Of a stretch of 64,000 nucleotides of DNA, positions 1 through 14,181 are shown piece after piece. Position numbers and translations under genes: made by a program. How positions within the stretch are numbered: the stretch's first letter is position 1; every line of letters starts with the position of its first letter. Source of the DNA: Parasitella parasitica NRRL 2501 (taxonomy: Eukaryota; Fungi; Mucoromycota); contig MU619394.1 in NCBI GenBank assembly GCA_025201805.1, positions 1-64,000 of the forward strand, read 5' to 3'. Below the pieces are notes generated by a model, which saw nothing but the letters and a program-made list of their open reading frames with translations, made no database searches and was not told where the DNA came from.

Positions 1-3000
1 AAACGCTTTCATTTTTCAATATTTATCATAAATATCAGATATTTGCTCGTAAATTGTGCTAAAATCATCGTAGAAGCATGACCTAACTTGGAAAACTTAG
101 CGTTGACTCACCCCTATCTGAAAACAACATTGGATTTTATGTTTTTATTGATATCTATAAAGTTATCAAATTATATCACAAATTTATATATCAGAATTGC
201 ATATAATCGATGATAGGCTTCGATGAAAAACAGAATAAACACTGTCTTATGTGCCATAAGAACAGGCATGATCATCGCTATCTGAGCATAACTTGCTTTC
301 CATTGGGAGATGTCTCTATCAAACGTTTTTTTGATTTTCATATCGGAGTTTAAAATAAAATCACGTGTTTTTCTTTTTTTTCTGTGGTTGTATTGCGCGA
401 TACTACTTCTGCTAAAGTGATGATGTGAGGTTTGTTATTTTTGTTTATGATTAATCGTAAAACCCGATTTCAAATCAATAAAAACTTATTTAAAAAGTAA
501 ACTATCGGGTCAATATATACTTATATTTTCAAAATCATTGGTTGTGAGAAATTATGATGCTCTATTAATTTGCTAACAAAAATTGAATAAAAAAACAATA
601 AATGCAAACTTGATCAATGTCAAGGTTCTATTATCAAATCGGCAGGTGTATGAGACTCTCTTTTATGTATTGGCCAAGTGAATGATTCTTTATATACTTA
701 AGCTAAGGATAAATGTTGCTATTATAATTCAAAGTGTAGAAAAATTTTGATTAATAAACATGTTGATCTCGTGCTAAACACCATCTCAGCAGACTAAAAA
801 AAACTTAGATATTCTTAAGTGAGTGGAGAGACTTTATCCAAAGTGTTCTGAACAAAACTAATATCGACCTATAAGCGTATATAATTTCTAGTGTTATAGT
901 ATAGTCTTATTTAGTCTATGTATGAATAGTACATATCTGAGTGATTTATCAGAATGAGAAATTATTCAAATAAAACGGTTGTGAATTAATCAGGTAAAGA
1001 TCTCGTTTATTACATGGAAAAAATGATGGTTGATATACTAGTGAATCTCAGTGGACTGATGGGAGGATAAGATACAAGTGTGAGACATGGTGTGATTTAG
1101 AGAATGGAACGATAGATTGTATCTATTATCCACGAACATGTCATGCTGAGTTATAAATAAAGAACATGATCCATTGGGATATGTTCCTGAATTGTGTTCA
1201 GGATTGAGTTTACTTGAGTATGACTTCCGGTTGGGAAATTGACACATCACTGAGTGTGTAACACTTGTTATTCATCTTGGCACATATCTGTATGTAACAT
1301 GTCTATAACATTTCATGAGCACATCTATAGCACTGCACACATTATACAAGTCTGTATTACATAAGGCATCTATAGCTAATATTATTGATATAAGAATATG
1401 TTTCGTCGCAAGTGTCTGGAGCAAACAGGGAATACAGATCTGAAGCATAGATTTTATATGGCATAAGCTCATAGCACTTACTAAATCTAGTAAATGTCCA
1501 AGGTTTGTGTCAAGATATAAATATAAGTCTATAGCGTCATCCATCCTAATGGTGAAATCTTTGGCCTAAAGCTTTATATAGTATAAATCTGTATCTTACA
1601 TCTTATCAACTGCGCAGATATGTAGTCTATATTAATTAAAAGGTAACTAAATAAAACTAGAAGTGGGACGCAGATCATTATAATGAATGTATTTCATAGC
1701 TTCCCATCAATTATAACGTTTGACATCCAATTCAATCCCAAGTCCATTTTTGCGGTTATTTCGCTCTAAAATACTGGATTATTTAGCACTGCGAGATATG
1801 AGTTCAATAGGTAACTTGAAATTAATTTAATATAGCCCAAAGTTATATGAAGAATATTAAATAAAAGTCTGTTTAAACTGGGCAACTACAATTTCATATA
1901 ACAACAAATAATACAGAAGTAGATATCAAGTTTATTATGTCATTCAATTACTACAATACACACAAATTTAGTTGTTTCAACTAATAGAAAAATACTTGCC
2001 TTTATGCTCCTATTTTCTAGCTTCTTTATCCATCGATAGCTGCGTAAATATACTCTTGAACCGTACTACTAAATGTACGACTACATAAACTTGGCACTTG
2101 TAATCTTGGTACAATCTTGCCAAATGCGATTTGATAATAAACATATACATGGTGGCACAGTATTAGTGTAAAACATATCCTAGTATATATGGCCACGAAA
2201 GAAAATGCATTCACCTAACATGTCTAATGAAGTAAAGTAAATTTAAATAAGCATTTATATTGTCTGAAGGACACATGCTAGGTAAAAATATATATAGTGA
2301 TAGATACGGATCTCTTATGCGACATAAATAGAGTAGACTATCATCATTCTTTCTGATCAATATACTGCGAAGATATAGCCCTAGGATTCCATATTTCCTG
2401 ACTATTGTCGTACTATCTCTTCAGTCTCTATAACTCTGAGGATATGATTATGATCTCTACTTTCCTTTCAATAAAGACAAAAAAAAAGAATTCCAAGAAG
2501 AATTTAAATAGTATTGTTATGAGAAGACCGCCAGGGTAAATAATGATGTATCCACCATTTCGGATTGAGGTTGGGCAATGAATAATTGTCCGTTTCCCGC
2601 CTTATTAACATTTTAAATGGATGTATCATATATTAGAAGTGATGAAGGTAATTTTATAATCTTTGCATTCAATTTTTATTTGTTTTCTTTTACAATGTGC
2701 CCTGAAAAGAATTTTTGTTCTAATCTTATGAGTTCTATAGTAACTTGTCAGTGCAGAGGACGAGCGCGGACAAGTTCAAGACTGAAGTGTTACAGAGAGG
2801 TTTCATTTGATATGATGGTTTGGTTGTGTAACAAATGCCTCATCGCACATACCAGGATAAAGAAAAAGAGACAAATATAAGTAGTATGATAGAAATACTT
2901 AGGATACAGCAAGTATTAAAACCTCCTTTGATTTGAAATAACACGCAAGTAATTTGCTGCCAGGTATTGCCAAGTGATGCCGAGCAATAATTTTTTTTTT

Positions 3001-4439
3001 TTTAATTGATAATCAAAAAGATCTGATAAGTTAAACCGTCATACAAACTAAAATACCGGTATACACTCAAACCGACTCAGATTGAACCTCATATATCAAA
3101 AATTGGGTAATAACGAAGAAAATCGACACCGACACTGTAATCCAATTATTCTATGTTGCAAAAATTTAGTAGAAAATGAACTGCAGTCAAATTAGTTATC
3201 ATGTAAAAACGGCATATGATGAAGAGTTTTTCTTTTTCTTTGCATGAACAAATGTATGTTATCGAGCCTAATTCCGAGGCATAGGAGACGTGTCTAATGA
3301 ACAAGGATGTGATACAACGAGTTTACAGGGCAGTAAATTTTCTTGGTATTTTTTTATAGATGTTATTACTCACAGGAAATGATTAGGTTGTATTGGAATC
3401 CAGGAGTATATACGAATATATATAGCTTGGTGTTTTAGAATATTTTGCCTATAATGCCTTTTATTTATGCATGCCATGAAATTTAATTTATGGCAGGCAT
3501 TTCTAGCCACCACATGAGTCTAATCATGTACCACTTACTTAGAAAATGGCAAGGATGCGCATTGAACCAATTAATTCTTGCTCAAGTAATTTTATAAAGA
3601 GAATTAGCTAAGGAGCACTATTTTTGATATTTCAAGAATAAACAGTATTTGTACTTGATTTATTGAGCAAAAGCTGGTCATTGCAATGGCAACTAATTTA
3701 TTAGACCTCAATCTTTCTCTTTTGAAATTGATCCCCCTTTTAACTATAAAAAGGAAATTCCTTTATGACGATTGTTACTATAGACGTTATATTGTATTCG
3801 TTTTTGTAAAATGAACACCCTATTTTACATACTGATGCGCCGACGAACACACAAAAAGGATCTGATAATATATATATACAAAAGAAACGGTTCTAGTTTT
3901 TGTTTCACTCGTCTTTAATACCGAGATTGATTCTTTAATAAGCGTCTATAAAAATCTACTCGGTAATCTACCTTATAACATAAATAGTCCATGATGATTA
4001 GATCAATCAAGTTACTACACATTTGAAAACCTTGTAAAAGTTCAATTTTAAAATCTACCAGGTTTTTAAATTGAGTGCATATCAACTTGATTGCTTTGAA
4101 TAAACAGGCTTCCCATGCTCCTTTCGTTATCTATCGGATGATCAAATAAATCATAACATTTGGTATAAAAAGGACGACTTCCAACTAGCCAATTCAAAGG
4201 TTTCGTTCAACAACATCTCCGATCTAAAGCATAGGTCTTGCGAATTTAGAGATTTTCTATTTTATCAGATCTTTTTTTATCGTTGCACAACCTATTCCTT
4301 CTTTTCCCTAAATCTTATATATAATAGCATCTTTTTTATTTTTCTATATACAATCTTTCTCTTTTATCTTTTACATCTACACTTTTATATTTGGTTTATT
4401 TATTTCCTTATTTCTAGAGATTTTCACTTAGTAATTCAA

Positions 4440-5923
4440 ATGTCTAAGATTAATAACTTTAATTTTATTTCTGCTTGTTCTGATGTTGCATCTTCTTCAA
4501 GGTAAAGGAATAAATGGCCTGATTACCAGGGTTATTATAGAAGAAAAAAATTATCTGATCTTATTTATCTGATCATCATTTTATTAGTGCATATTCTTTA
4601 TTGAACCGTCAAGAGCCCATTCATGCTCGTATTAGTACTAACAATGAAAGAGGTATAGATAAAATGTCTTTGGGTGATAGTTATAGACCTTATTCACTCA
4701 TCTTTGTATATTTTATCTTAGATCGTCGACCAATAGACCCCCCTCCCATCGTTCAAATTCGACTCAACCAGGCTACTCCGCAACAAACAGAGTATGTACT
4801 ACCTTTGATCATCTTGTTTTATCTGATTTTATTAATATTTCTTAATAGTGCTTTCCATCAAAACTCTTACTTTTACATGTGTGCTAATTTAGCCCACCCA
4901 TCTGATGATAAAGAGATATACACACCAACGCATAATGCTCTATCTGGCCAAACCGTTTCTTCTATGTATAAACTTAAAGACATTGATAATCGTGGTAAAC
5001 TCACATGAAATTTGTCAAGTATAGCAATCTTAAGTTTTAACATATTTCTTTTTCTTTTTTTTTTTCTAGAAGGGGCATTCTTTATTTTTGGAGACCTGTC
5101 TGTCAAAGTAGAAGGCAACTTTAGACTTAAGCTTTCTTTATTTGAAATCACTGCGACTGGCTCGGTTTATCTTCAATCTACATTCACTGGTCCTTTTATT
5201 GTTTACCCTGCAAAGAAGTTTCCCGGAATGCTGGATTCTACCTTTTTATCAAGATCGTTCTCTGACCAGGGTGCACGTATCAGAATTCGCAAAGAAAATA
5301 GAGCCCAAATACCTAATGTCAGTGCTCCTGCTTCATCAGCTGGCAATATCTCTCGCAAGAGGAAATTGGAAATCCAAACTGAGCAGCACATTTTACGCGC
5401 TTCTCCCTCTGCATCATACCATCCTGCTGTTATTGCTCCTGTTATTTCTAATAACACTGGCATCAATCATGTCACAGCCCCGAATCCTTCACTTCCAGCT
5501 ACGGATTTACCCGGAGCATACTACGAAAGAAGAGCCAGCGTCACCAGCAGTGGTACAGAAAGTTGCAGCAGCGATGAAAGCCCAATTGCCACTCACTTCT
5601 CATCTCCTCGTGTCTCGCTCCCCCCACTATCGCCTCCCCATCAATCCTGCGATAAATTCTTTCCTACGGGCTCAGCCAACTATATTCCTTTATCTTACCA
5701 TTCTTCCTCATCACTGCCTCTCCATGTCCCTCATTATTTGCCTATTCAGCACAAACTTGATTTTGATTCTTCTGTTAAATTACCGCCTATTCGCAACATT
5801 ATCTCTTCTTTAAAGAGGCAAAAAACCACTAGAACCGAGCAAGATGCTGTAGTAGCAATGATGCAATTATCCCATTCCTACAATACACCTCCAAAGCAGC
5901 ATTATTTGCTCCATATAGATTAG
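4440..5923 (+). CDS. Velvet-domain transcriptional regulator (VosA/VelB-like), multi-exon
   Basis: Spliced translation gives RQEPIHAR, DRRPIDPPPIVQI, LSGQTVSSMYKLKDIDN, GAFFIFGDLSVKVEGNFRLKLSLFEI and KKFPGMLDSTFLSRSFSDQGARIRIRKE, all hallmark velvet-domain blocks. ATG at 4440; GT-AG introns. Confidence 0.93.
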
Positions 5924-6287
5924 GAAGAAGAAAAAACATACACATATATAGATTAACCTTGTAATATTATCCCTCACGCACTAATTCATTTCATTATTTC
6001 TTTCATTATGTGTATATTATTCTTACATTACACAGCCACTATTGCTTTTTTTTGTTAATATCGTCCTCATTCATTCTCTTGATAAATAAACAGTTTCAAT
6101 TTGACATTATTATTGTATTGTGTGTAACATTGATCTCTGATAAACAGGGCATGACTCGAACACACATATGAAACGCTTATAAACAGAAAACGTGATTTGC
6201 AGGCATTGGTTGTGCATTTGCAAATATTGGATTAATGCAAAAAATACCTTTTGGCTCTCTTTTTATTTCCGTTATACCACAATAATT

Positions 6288-7360
6288 ATGACTATACCCC
6301 AAGCACAATACTTTTGGCTAACAGGCGGCTTCTTTTTGGGCATGTTCTTCATGTATAATATTGTTCCTTTCAGAGTAACCGATCATCAGAACAGTGGCGG
6401 CCTGCACAGTAGGCAGCAACCGCCTAACAGTGTATTGCAATTTGGAAACCCAGGTAAGCATTACACGATGCCGGCCATTGCTACAGATTAACAGATGTAT
6501 ATAATATAAATAGGCCCTATTAATGATCTGTTTGAGAGAACTGCTTACACCGCATCTTACAATCGCAGGGATCGAATCCCACATTGGGTTGGTGAACATA
6601 TTACAGCCGATAGTTTACGCCGTGGTGAAGGTGTCTCGCGAGACAAATCTCGATTTACAGATGATAGTGCCTTGCCAGATTTATTCAAGGTATATACCAA
6701 GGATTATACGAATAGCGGCTACGATCGTGGGCACATGGCCCCTGCAGGAGACGCAGTTTTCTCACAAACGGCCATGGATGAAACTTTTTTGATGACCAAC
6801 ATAGCACCTCAAGTTGGCCCTGGATTTAATCGCCAATGTACGTAAAAAGACTTGTGTACGAAGAAAAGCAGCTCACTTTTTATTTTATTATTACGTTCTA
6901 AGATTGGGCCTATCTAGAGCAATTCTGCCGTGATTTAACAAAAAATTTTACAGATGTATATGTCTATTCAGGTCCACTCTTTTTACCTCAATTGTCGTCT
7001 AATGCTTATGCCTTGGCTGACTCAAAGATTGAGTTCAATGATGATGGAGCAATCAGAGTCGTCTCAAAGATAGCAGGGAAGCAAGAAAAGTACACAATGC
7101 AATATAATTTAATAGGTGCCCATGGGCCTACAGTTGCTGTCCCTACTCATTTTTTCAAAATTCTCTTGGTGTCCAATGGCACTGATTATGCGTCGGGAGC
7201 CTTTGTGCTACCAAATCAGGTTATTGACCGTACCACTCCTCTTGATCAATTTCAAGTTGACCAAAGAGCAATCGAAAAGGCGTCTGGCTTAACGTTTTTT
7301 CAGACACTAGATAGAACCACAATCACAAATTTGTGCGATTTAACGAGTTGTGTCGTATGA
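6288..7360 (+). CDS. DNA/RNA non-specific endonuclease (Nuc1/EndoG family), 3 exons
   Basis: YNRRDRIPHWVGEH, SGYDRGHMAPAGD (DRGH active site), FLMTNIAPQVGPGFNR, VAVPTHFFKI; hydrophobic N-terminal segment. Confidence 0.93.
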
Positions 7361-7845
7361 TGATATAAAGGCTGCATAAATTGCCATATTTAAAACCATG
7401 TGAGTAAATAAAGCACAATATTTGAATCATAGAAACCCTTCCAACGTTTACAACTTGACCCAACGTCGACGTTATTATTTTTTTTTTTTTTTTTTTTTTT
7501 GCTACTTGCTACGACTCCCATCCCACTTTTATATACCAACGCATACAATAAATCGCTTGAAAATTGTGTTGCTTAGTTTGCCATTCAACATGCTTACGGT
7601 TGCAAAATGCGCTGATATGTGAATGTCATAAAGAGGCAGAGTTTCAAAGCCAAACCCTTTATAAATTTTGGGGTGATTCATGCCAACCTTAATGATGTCA
7701 AAATGAGTGAAAACGCTTAACTGGAAGGTTTTTAATCGAACCCATGTATAATTCAGTTGTGTATAAAAAGTGGCCTATTTACATGCGTCCTCTCGCTATT
7801 TTCAATTTTTTTTTTTTTTACTTTAAAATTCTACATCAATTCAAA

Positions 7846-8185
7846 ATGCCTATGCAGAAAGATCTCGGTAAGCCTGAAGCAATCGCTCAGTAACCCCATT
7901 GCTGATGTAACATTTAATGTAGAACGCATCCATCAAGAAATCCAGGGAGTCTTGCGTGATAGTGAAAAGCTGTCTAACCACAAGTATACCCCTGACGAAA
8001 TCCATGGGCTACAAGAACGTTTGCAAAAAATCGACGCTCAATACAAGGAGGGCATCATTGATGACCGTAATAGTCGGGACATCAATGACGACCCATATGA
8101 GCATAAAGGCCAAGGTCAAGTAGCCGACGACATTGCGAAAGTTCATGAAAAACTATCCCAACTCCTGCAACATGCTGATCAGTAA
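7846..8185 (+). CDS. Small (94 aa) helical protein, possibly one DUF2408/Cub1-like repeat
   Basis: ATG 7846, intron 7868-7922 (gtaagc...tag), in-frame to TAA 8185. LQERLQKIDAQYKEG...GQGQVADDIAKVHEKL resembles the DUF2408 repeat from memory. Confidence 0.65.
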
Positions 8186-8254
8186 ATCATTTCTCCATTT
8201 TAAAATAAAAGCAGACTCTTTGAATTCCAAAAACAATTTTATTACATATTATAC

Positions 8255-9765
8255 TTATTTCTTGGGAGCAAGCTTAGAATAAGGGATGAAAGTCTCGCCA
8301 CCCATATAAGGAACCAAAGGAGGAGGGATTTCCAGACCGTCTTCACGTTGCCAGTTCTCTAACAAACCACAAAGTGCTCTCTCAGTAGCACAGAGTGTAG
8401 AGTTGAGACAGTGAACATACTTCTTTTCACGATCAGACATTTTCTTGACACCGCAACGGATTTCCAGGTTGCGAGATTGGTAATCGGTACAGTTGGAACA
8501 AGAAACAAGCTCCTTGTACTCACCTTGGAAGGGGAACCAAGCCTCTAAATCGTACTTCTTGGCAGCTGCGCTATTCAATGCGCCAGAGACAATAGCAACA
8601 ACGCGGTAGGAAAGACCCAGACTCTGGAAGAAATCCTCAGAGTGATTGATCATCTCATCAAACATTTCCCAAGATTTCTCGGGGTCCGTCAAAACAAATT
8701 GCTCAATCTTTTCAAATTGATGAACACGGAAAATACCCCAGGTATCTTTACCATGAGCGCCAGCTTCCTTACGGAAACAGGTAGAATAACCAGCATACTT
8801 GATAGGCAATTGCTCCGAAGGTTTTTCGAACCATTCGCCTTCGTGGAAGGCAGAAATGGGTTGCTCCGAGGTAGCAATGAGATATTTGTCCTCGCCATCA
8901 CCAGAAACCTGATGAAAAAAATATTGTCAATCATTTGATCCACATACTGAATCAAGCTTCATCTTTACCTTGTAAAGCTCCTCATCAAATTGAGACAATT
9001 GGGCAGTCTTGGCCATCATTTCCTTGTTCATGAAGAAAGGAGTTTGCAGCTTTTTATAGCCACGTTTAGCAAGGAAGTTGAGGCCGTATGTAATCAAAGC
9101 CAAGTTGAGATCTACACCAACGCCTGTCAAGAAATAGCCGCGGTGACCAGCAATCTTGGCTCCACGTTCCTGATCATAACCGTCTAAACGAGCAAGAACT
9201 TCATGATGAGACAGGATGTCAGTCTTTTTGACAGGTTCGACACCGTTGTGAAAATAAGTACGGATAACCACGTTGTCGTCCTGATGAAATATGTGTTAAG
9301 TGCACGTCAAATCAGATGTGTTTGCTCCCAAATATATATTACCTCATTCATAGAAGTAGGGACTGAGGTATGGACAATGTTACCAAGAAGATTCAGTTTG
9401 CTCTTCCAGGAGGTCTCCTTCTCCTTGGCTTGGGCGATGAGTTTATCCTTGTCTTCTTGAAGAGCGTTCTTTTGAGCAACTAATTCAGACGCATCTTCCT
9501 TGGCCTTGTATTTTTTACCGATTTCCTTTTGGATACCATTTGCTTCCTTGTTCTTTTGGTCACTGGCGAATTGTACTAAGATGATTTTAAATATTCAGCG
9601 GGTTTAAAGGCACACAACATGGGGAAACATACATGTGGTCCATTCCTTGTATTCAGCAATAATTTCATCGATGCGCTCAACATTTTCACCACGTCTCTTT
9701 TCAGACTCTTTCACAATATCAGGGTTGCCACCACGTTCCTCCAAAAGCAAATTGATATCAAGCAT
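8255..9765 (-). CDS. SES1: Cytosolic seryl-tRNA synthetase, multi-exon
   Basis: [17 protein letters not shown]-terminus; [37 protein letters not shown] (motif 2), [24 protein letters not shown] (motif 3). Confidence 0.97.
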
Positions 9766-9929
9766 ATTTGTACCAGGCACGTCAAGTATGAAAAAAACAG
9801 AAAAGAAGAAGGCTATCTACAGCCAAACGAGGGAAAAAAAATTTACTCTAAAACGATGCGGCATCTCAAACGACACTTGTGCGGCTTTGTTGACTTATTG
9901 CATTTTAGCACTCTTCCTTCCTCTTGGAA

Positions 9930-10388
9930 ATGTCGTTAAACTTCTTCAAGACAAAGCCCGCAAAAACTGACGCTTCACTCGATTATGAATCGGTCATAAA
10001 CAACTTGAATGCTATGGATAGCTCCATAGCAGGTCTTGATATCGACCAGTTTATTCAGAATGAGAGTATCCTTCTTGGAAAGCACCAAGGTATTTCTAAC
10101 AAAGATGACTCAGTTTGAGTAATCTTTATTCAAAGTCTCTGCTTAGATTTCTACCATAATGAGAAAAAAAATGATGCAGAGGCTTTACCGAAACAATTAC
10201 AGAAAGATACACAGTGCGCAGCAGATGACAAGACACGCGCTCTAGTCAATTCGTATATTGAGCTTTCAAAGACTATGCCCGACATTAAATCTGAAGCTAT
10301 TGAATGCAATAACCAAGTCAAAGCCTCAATCCTACAGAATCAGAAAACTATCGACGATATCAATAAAGCACATGCCGATCTGCTGTAG
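9930..10388 (+). CDS. Hypothetical 133-aa protein with coiled-coil-like C-terminus, 2 exons
   Basis: Exons 9930-10089 and 10147-10388 join in frame through a 57-nt GT-AG intron; no family recognised. Confidence 0.6.
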
Positions 10389-10635
10389 TTGGAAAAATCG
10401 TATTTCCACATTTGCAATTAATTATTGTTGCCACATGAGAATAAACGTTGCATACAAATGCCCATTTACAGGCAAGCACCATCAAACTTTGTTTGAGCTT
10501 TTAGTAGAAAACTAAAAATTCGTTTATCATTACGCATCTCTAATTGCGCTTCACAGCGTTACATGCCATTAGCCCTAAAAAAAAAAAAAAAAAAAAAAAA
10601 AAACGAATACAGCGTGTAGTTCTTGCCTTAAAAAT

Positions 10636-12213
10636 CTATATACTCCTGCTGTTTAACCAGCTCAAGATCTGTTCATAGCATGCAAACTGAATTGCCCCAC
10701 CTTTCAAAACGAAAGCGTCAGCTCGTTTGCCACTTGTTCATTTGATTGATATCTCATTATTACCTGGCGCAATGCGAATAATGCGAAGCCAAGAACCTCT
10801 AAAGAAGGATGCCGGCCCCTCTTGTCTCATCATCGATTTGATACAATCCCATGTGCTAGTATACGATCCTCCTGCATCTTGCATTCTGTATAATATTAGT
10901 ACACAGGATGGCCAACTGGATTATTACACTGACCTTGTTTTGACAACATCTGGCGGAGAATTCAATACACCGACAAGCACATTAGCCATGCCTCCGCTAA
11001 TCTGAAGAGCCCAATTGAGTACATAGTCAAAAATTAAAGAATTCGTTATTTATATACCATGTGTTGCCAGGGCTGTAATGTTGCATCTGCATTGTTGGAA
11101 GCCCTCTCAAACATAGCCTTCATCTCAATGTATGCCGAGAATTTGACAAATAATCCTTGATAAGTGGTATATGATGTTTAATATGTGGGTTCTCACTTTG
11201 ATAAAATATCTTTTTGTTTACCCCAACTCTGTCGTGCCACTGTTGCCATCAAACCGCTGTAGAGAGCTGCAAACCTATACATGTCAAAAAAATAAACAAA
11301 AGATGAATACTGAGACCAAGTCGTACCCGCCCGCCAATCTCTAACAAACCCTTCTTGTCGCACAATAATAGAGGCTGTATTAATCAATCCACAATACTTT
11401 CTCTTCTGGCCCTTATCGAGAACCATTTCTGTTTGCTGGCGAACCTTGATCATCTCTAGAGGCGTCACTTATTTCCATACACAACATGTCAGAAAAGTAT
11501 CGTTATTCAATAGATTACAACGTTGGCGCTTACCTAATGTTATCGCTTGTGTAATTCCCGTGCAGATGCCTGCCAATCCAGCAGAGCTATGAGCGGGCAA
11601 GATGGAACGCTCCTCAAGACTCTCAAATATAGGCTTGTAGAACGCTAACCCCATATATTGAAGTGAAATACGCGGGCCTACAATACATAATACGGGGATC
11701 GTTCCTCTATAAAATGCTACAGTGGCATGAATGTGTATATAAAAAGGTACCAGTAACTGCTGCTTATACCTGATATTCCTTCTTCCTTAAAAACGCTACT
11801 AAAGGCTTTGAAGATACCATTCTTGTAATGAGCTGCCGCATTGACAGACTGTACATGTTTATGAGAGTGGTAGGTCCTTGGTGGGTTAAACACAATTTTA
11901 AATCGTATTTACCTGAAATCTGGTTTTGATCACATCTGTTGGCTAAATTGTCGTAATAGTATTGATTACTGTAGGCTCAATTAATGGTATATGCATTTGT
12001 GTATAAATGTATTTACCTGCATTAGCAAGATCTCGACCGTTCCTGCTCCTGCTCCAGCTAAAGTTGAGTTCTTACATGTATAGTTGCGTGAGTTCTAGTG
12101 GGGGAGAGGGGAGGGGAGGAGCGGCCGGTTTTCGACAATCAACTGGCGCAAAAACTTACTAGTACGTTTAATTTCGGCTTGGACGAGCTTTTTTCAGATG
12201 CGGAAGCACTCAT
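10636..12213 (-). CDS. Mitochondrial carrier (SLC25; Sfc1/citrate-carrier-like), many exons
   Basis: Three PX[DE]XX[KR]X[RK] signatures (PTDVIKTRFQ, TPLEMIKVRQQ, SPPDVVKTR); ends LRIIRIAPG/GAIQFACYEQ. Confidence 0.88.
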
Positions 12214-12950
12214 TACTTAGGTTACGAGAATAAGGAAAGAAGATGGAAAAGCCTAATAAAGCAAACTTTTAAGCTTTTTGTTACGCTAGTGTAACAATGG
12301 CAAATGTCAGTTACTCGACATAATCTCTCGAGCCTTGACCTTGATTCGATATCAAATAGCATCACTATATCCATAATGTTTATATATATTTATGTTATTG
12401 ATATAGTAATTATTTAATTTATAATCTATTTATTATAGGGTTGCTAGGGATACTACCTTGAAATCTTGCACTTGGAATGACTCACTGCTTGACGATTGGC
12501 TTGACAAAATTTCTGGCTCATCTCAGTGGATGACTAAACGCTTGATGAATCCACTGCAGTACTATTAGCTTGCAATAAACGTGAATCATAAGCATCTACC
12601 GGAGATTCCTGATAATCAAGCAGAAATTAGGTTATTAAAGTTGAGACACCAAAGTCAGTAGCAGCTTTCGATTTGAAAACAATCCCCCCTACAGAATGTA
12701 GATTTTAGTACTCTCTATGACTAAAAATTGTTTGATTTTTTTTTTAATGCTTTAATGTTAAGGTTTGATATACCATGTCCTCTACGCTCCAAGACATCTT
12801 GCTCTAACTTCTTGCCTTTCAAATGAGCTGCCAGTGCCGGAACAGTATTTGAGCCTCCCAATCCAGGTGACTGGTTTGGTTTTTGACTTGTTCAATGTGA
12901 ATACCTAATGAAGAAAAAGATTTCTTCTCCCATTTTACAATTCTATAACA

Positions 12951-14013
12951 ATGGTAAGAGGGTATCCTACGCACATACACGCACTCTAAAACGCCATTAA
13001 CAATGGCAGAAGAAAAGATCTAATTGAAACAATAGTCTCGATTAGAACTATTGACTCCTGAAGGTCTGCGTATCGACGGCCGTCGTGCCAATGAACTTCG
13101 CAAAATCACAGCAAAGACTTCTGTGTTTAGTCAAGCTGATGGGTCGGCTTACATTGAACAAGGTAATACCAAATGTCTTGCTGCTGTTTATGGCCCCAGA
13201 GAGGTTTGTATTATGGTTTATTCGTCGCCTTGGCTTTGCTTGATGAGCTGACATTTTACATGCGGTAGCTTCGTTTCCGTCAGCAAGGTCTTGCGGACCG
13301 TGCCATCATCAATGTTGAATTCAACGTGGCCCCCTTCAGCTCAAGTGAACGCAAAAAGAGATCAAAGAATGACAAGTAAATACAGCGCATGTGTGCAGTG
13401 TGAATCGCATCAGCATGTATTAACTCTTCAGCATGTAGACGCTCACTAGAAGTAGCAGCGTTCATCCGTCAAACATTTGAGCCTGTCATTTTCACATCTC
13501 AATTCCCCAAAACGCAAATCAGTATATATCTTCAAATTTTCCAAAACGATGGGGGTAATGCATACATAAAAAAAAAATTGGAATGCTCATCTTGCTTATT
13601 GACATGGTGCTTTGCTACAGGCTTACTACAGGCTTGCATTAATGCAGCCACTATGGCATTGATCGACGCAGGTATCCCGATGATGGATTATGTATGTGCT
13701 TGCTCAGCCGGCTGCATCGATAAGGAACCAGTATTGGATTTAAACAATCTCGAAGAGGCTTCGGACACACCTGAATTAACGGTCGCGATATTACCACGAA
13801 CAGGCAAGGTTACTTTGTTAGAGGTGAGTTGATATGCTGCATGTTCATTTGATAATATACTGACGTGTAGATAAGATGGAATCTCGCCTTCATGTGGATA
13901 AACTTGCAAGCGTTACAGAATTAGCTACTGAAGGCTGTATGAAGATTCACACCATTTTAGATGCAGTCATCAGAGAGAACACTGAACATCTCATGTCAAA
14001 ATTAAAAGCATAA
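12951..14013 (+). CDS. RRP41: Exosome core subunit Rrp41/Ski6 (RNase PH domain)
   Basis: MSRLELLTPEGLRIDGRRANELR, ADGSAYIEQGNTK, VYGPRE, DGGLLQACINAATMALIDAGIPM; first exon is ATG only. Confidence 0.95.
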
Positions 14014-14181
14014 AAACAATCGTGTACTTGTATATTATTATGAAAGGGTCTTTTTTTTATTGTGATTATGTGTTGTTTTATGCTACTAAATGCTGTATAA
14101 AAAGGTGAGAGGGAGAGAGAGAGGGAGAGAAATAATGTTGTGTATAAAGGTGGTTGTCGAGTAAAATTAGGGGGGTTTTTT

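Noticed and set aside
1038-2880. Short ORFs and two small adjacent hairpins (1162-1202) in the long region upstream of the velvet gene
   Set aside because: No recognisable motifs or splice-consistent gene model. Probably decayed repeat DNA; hairpins this short are expected by chance.
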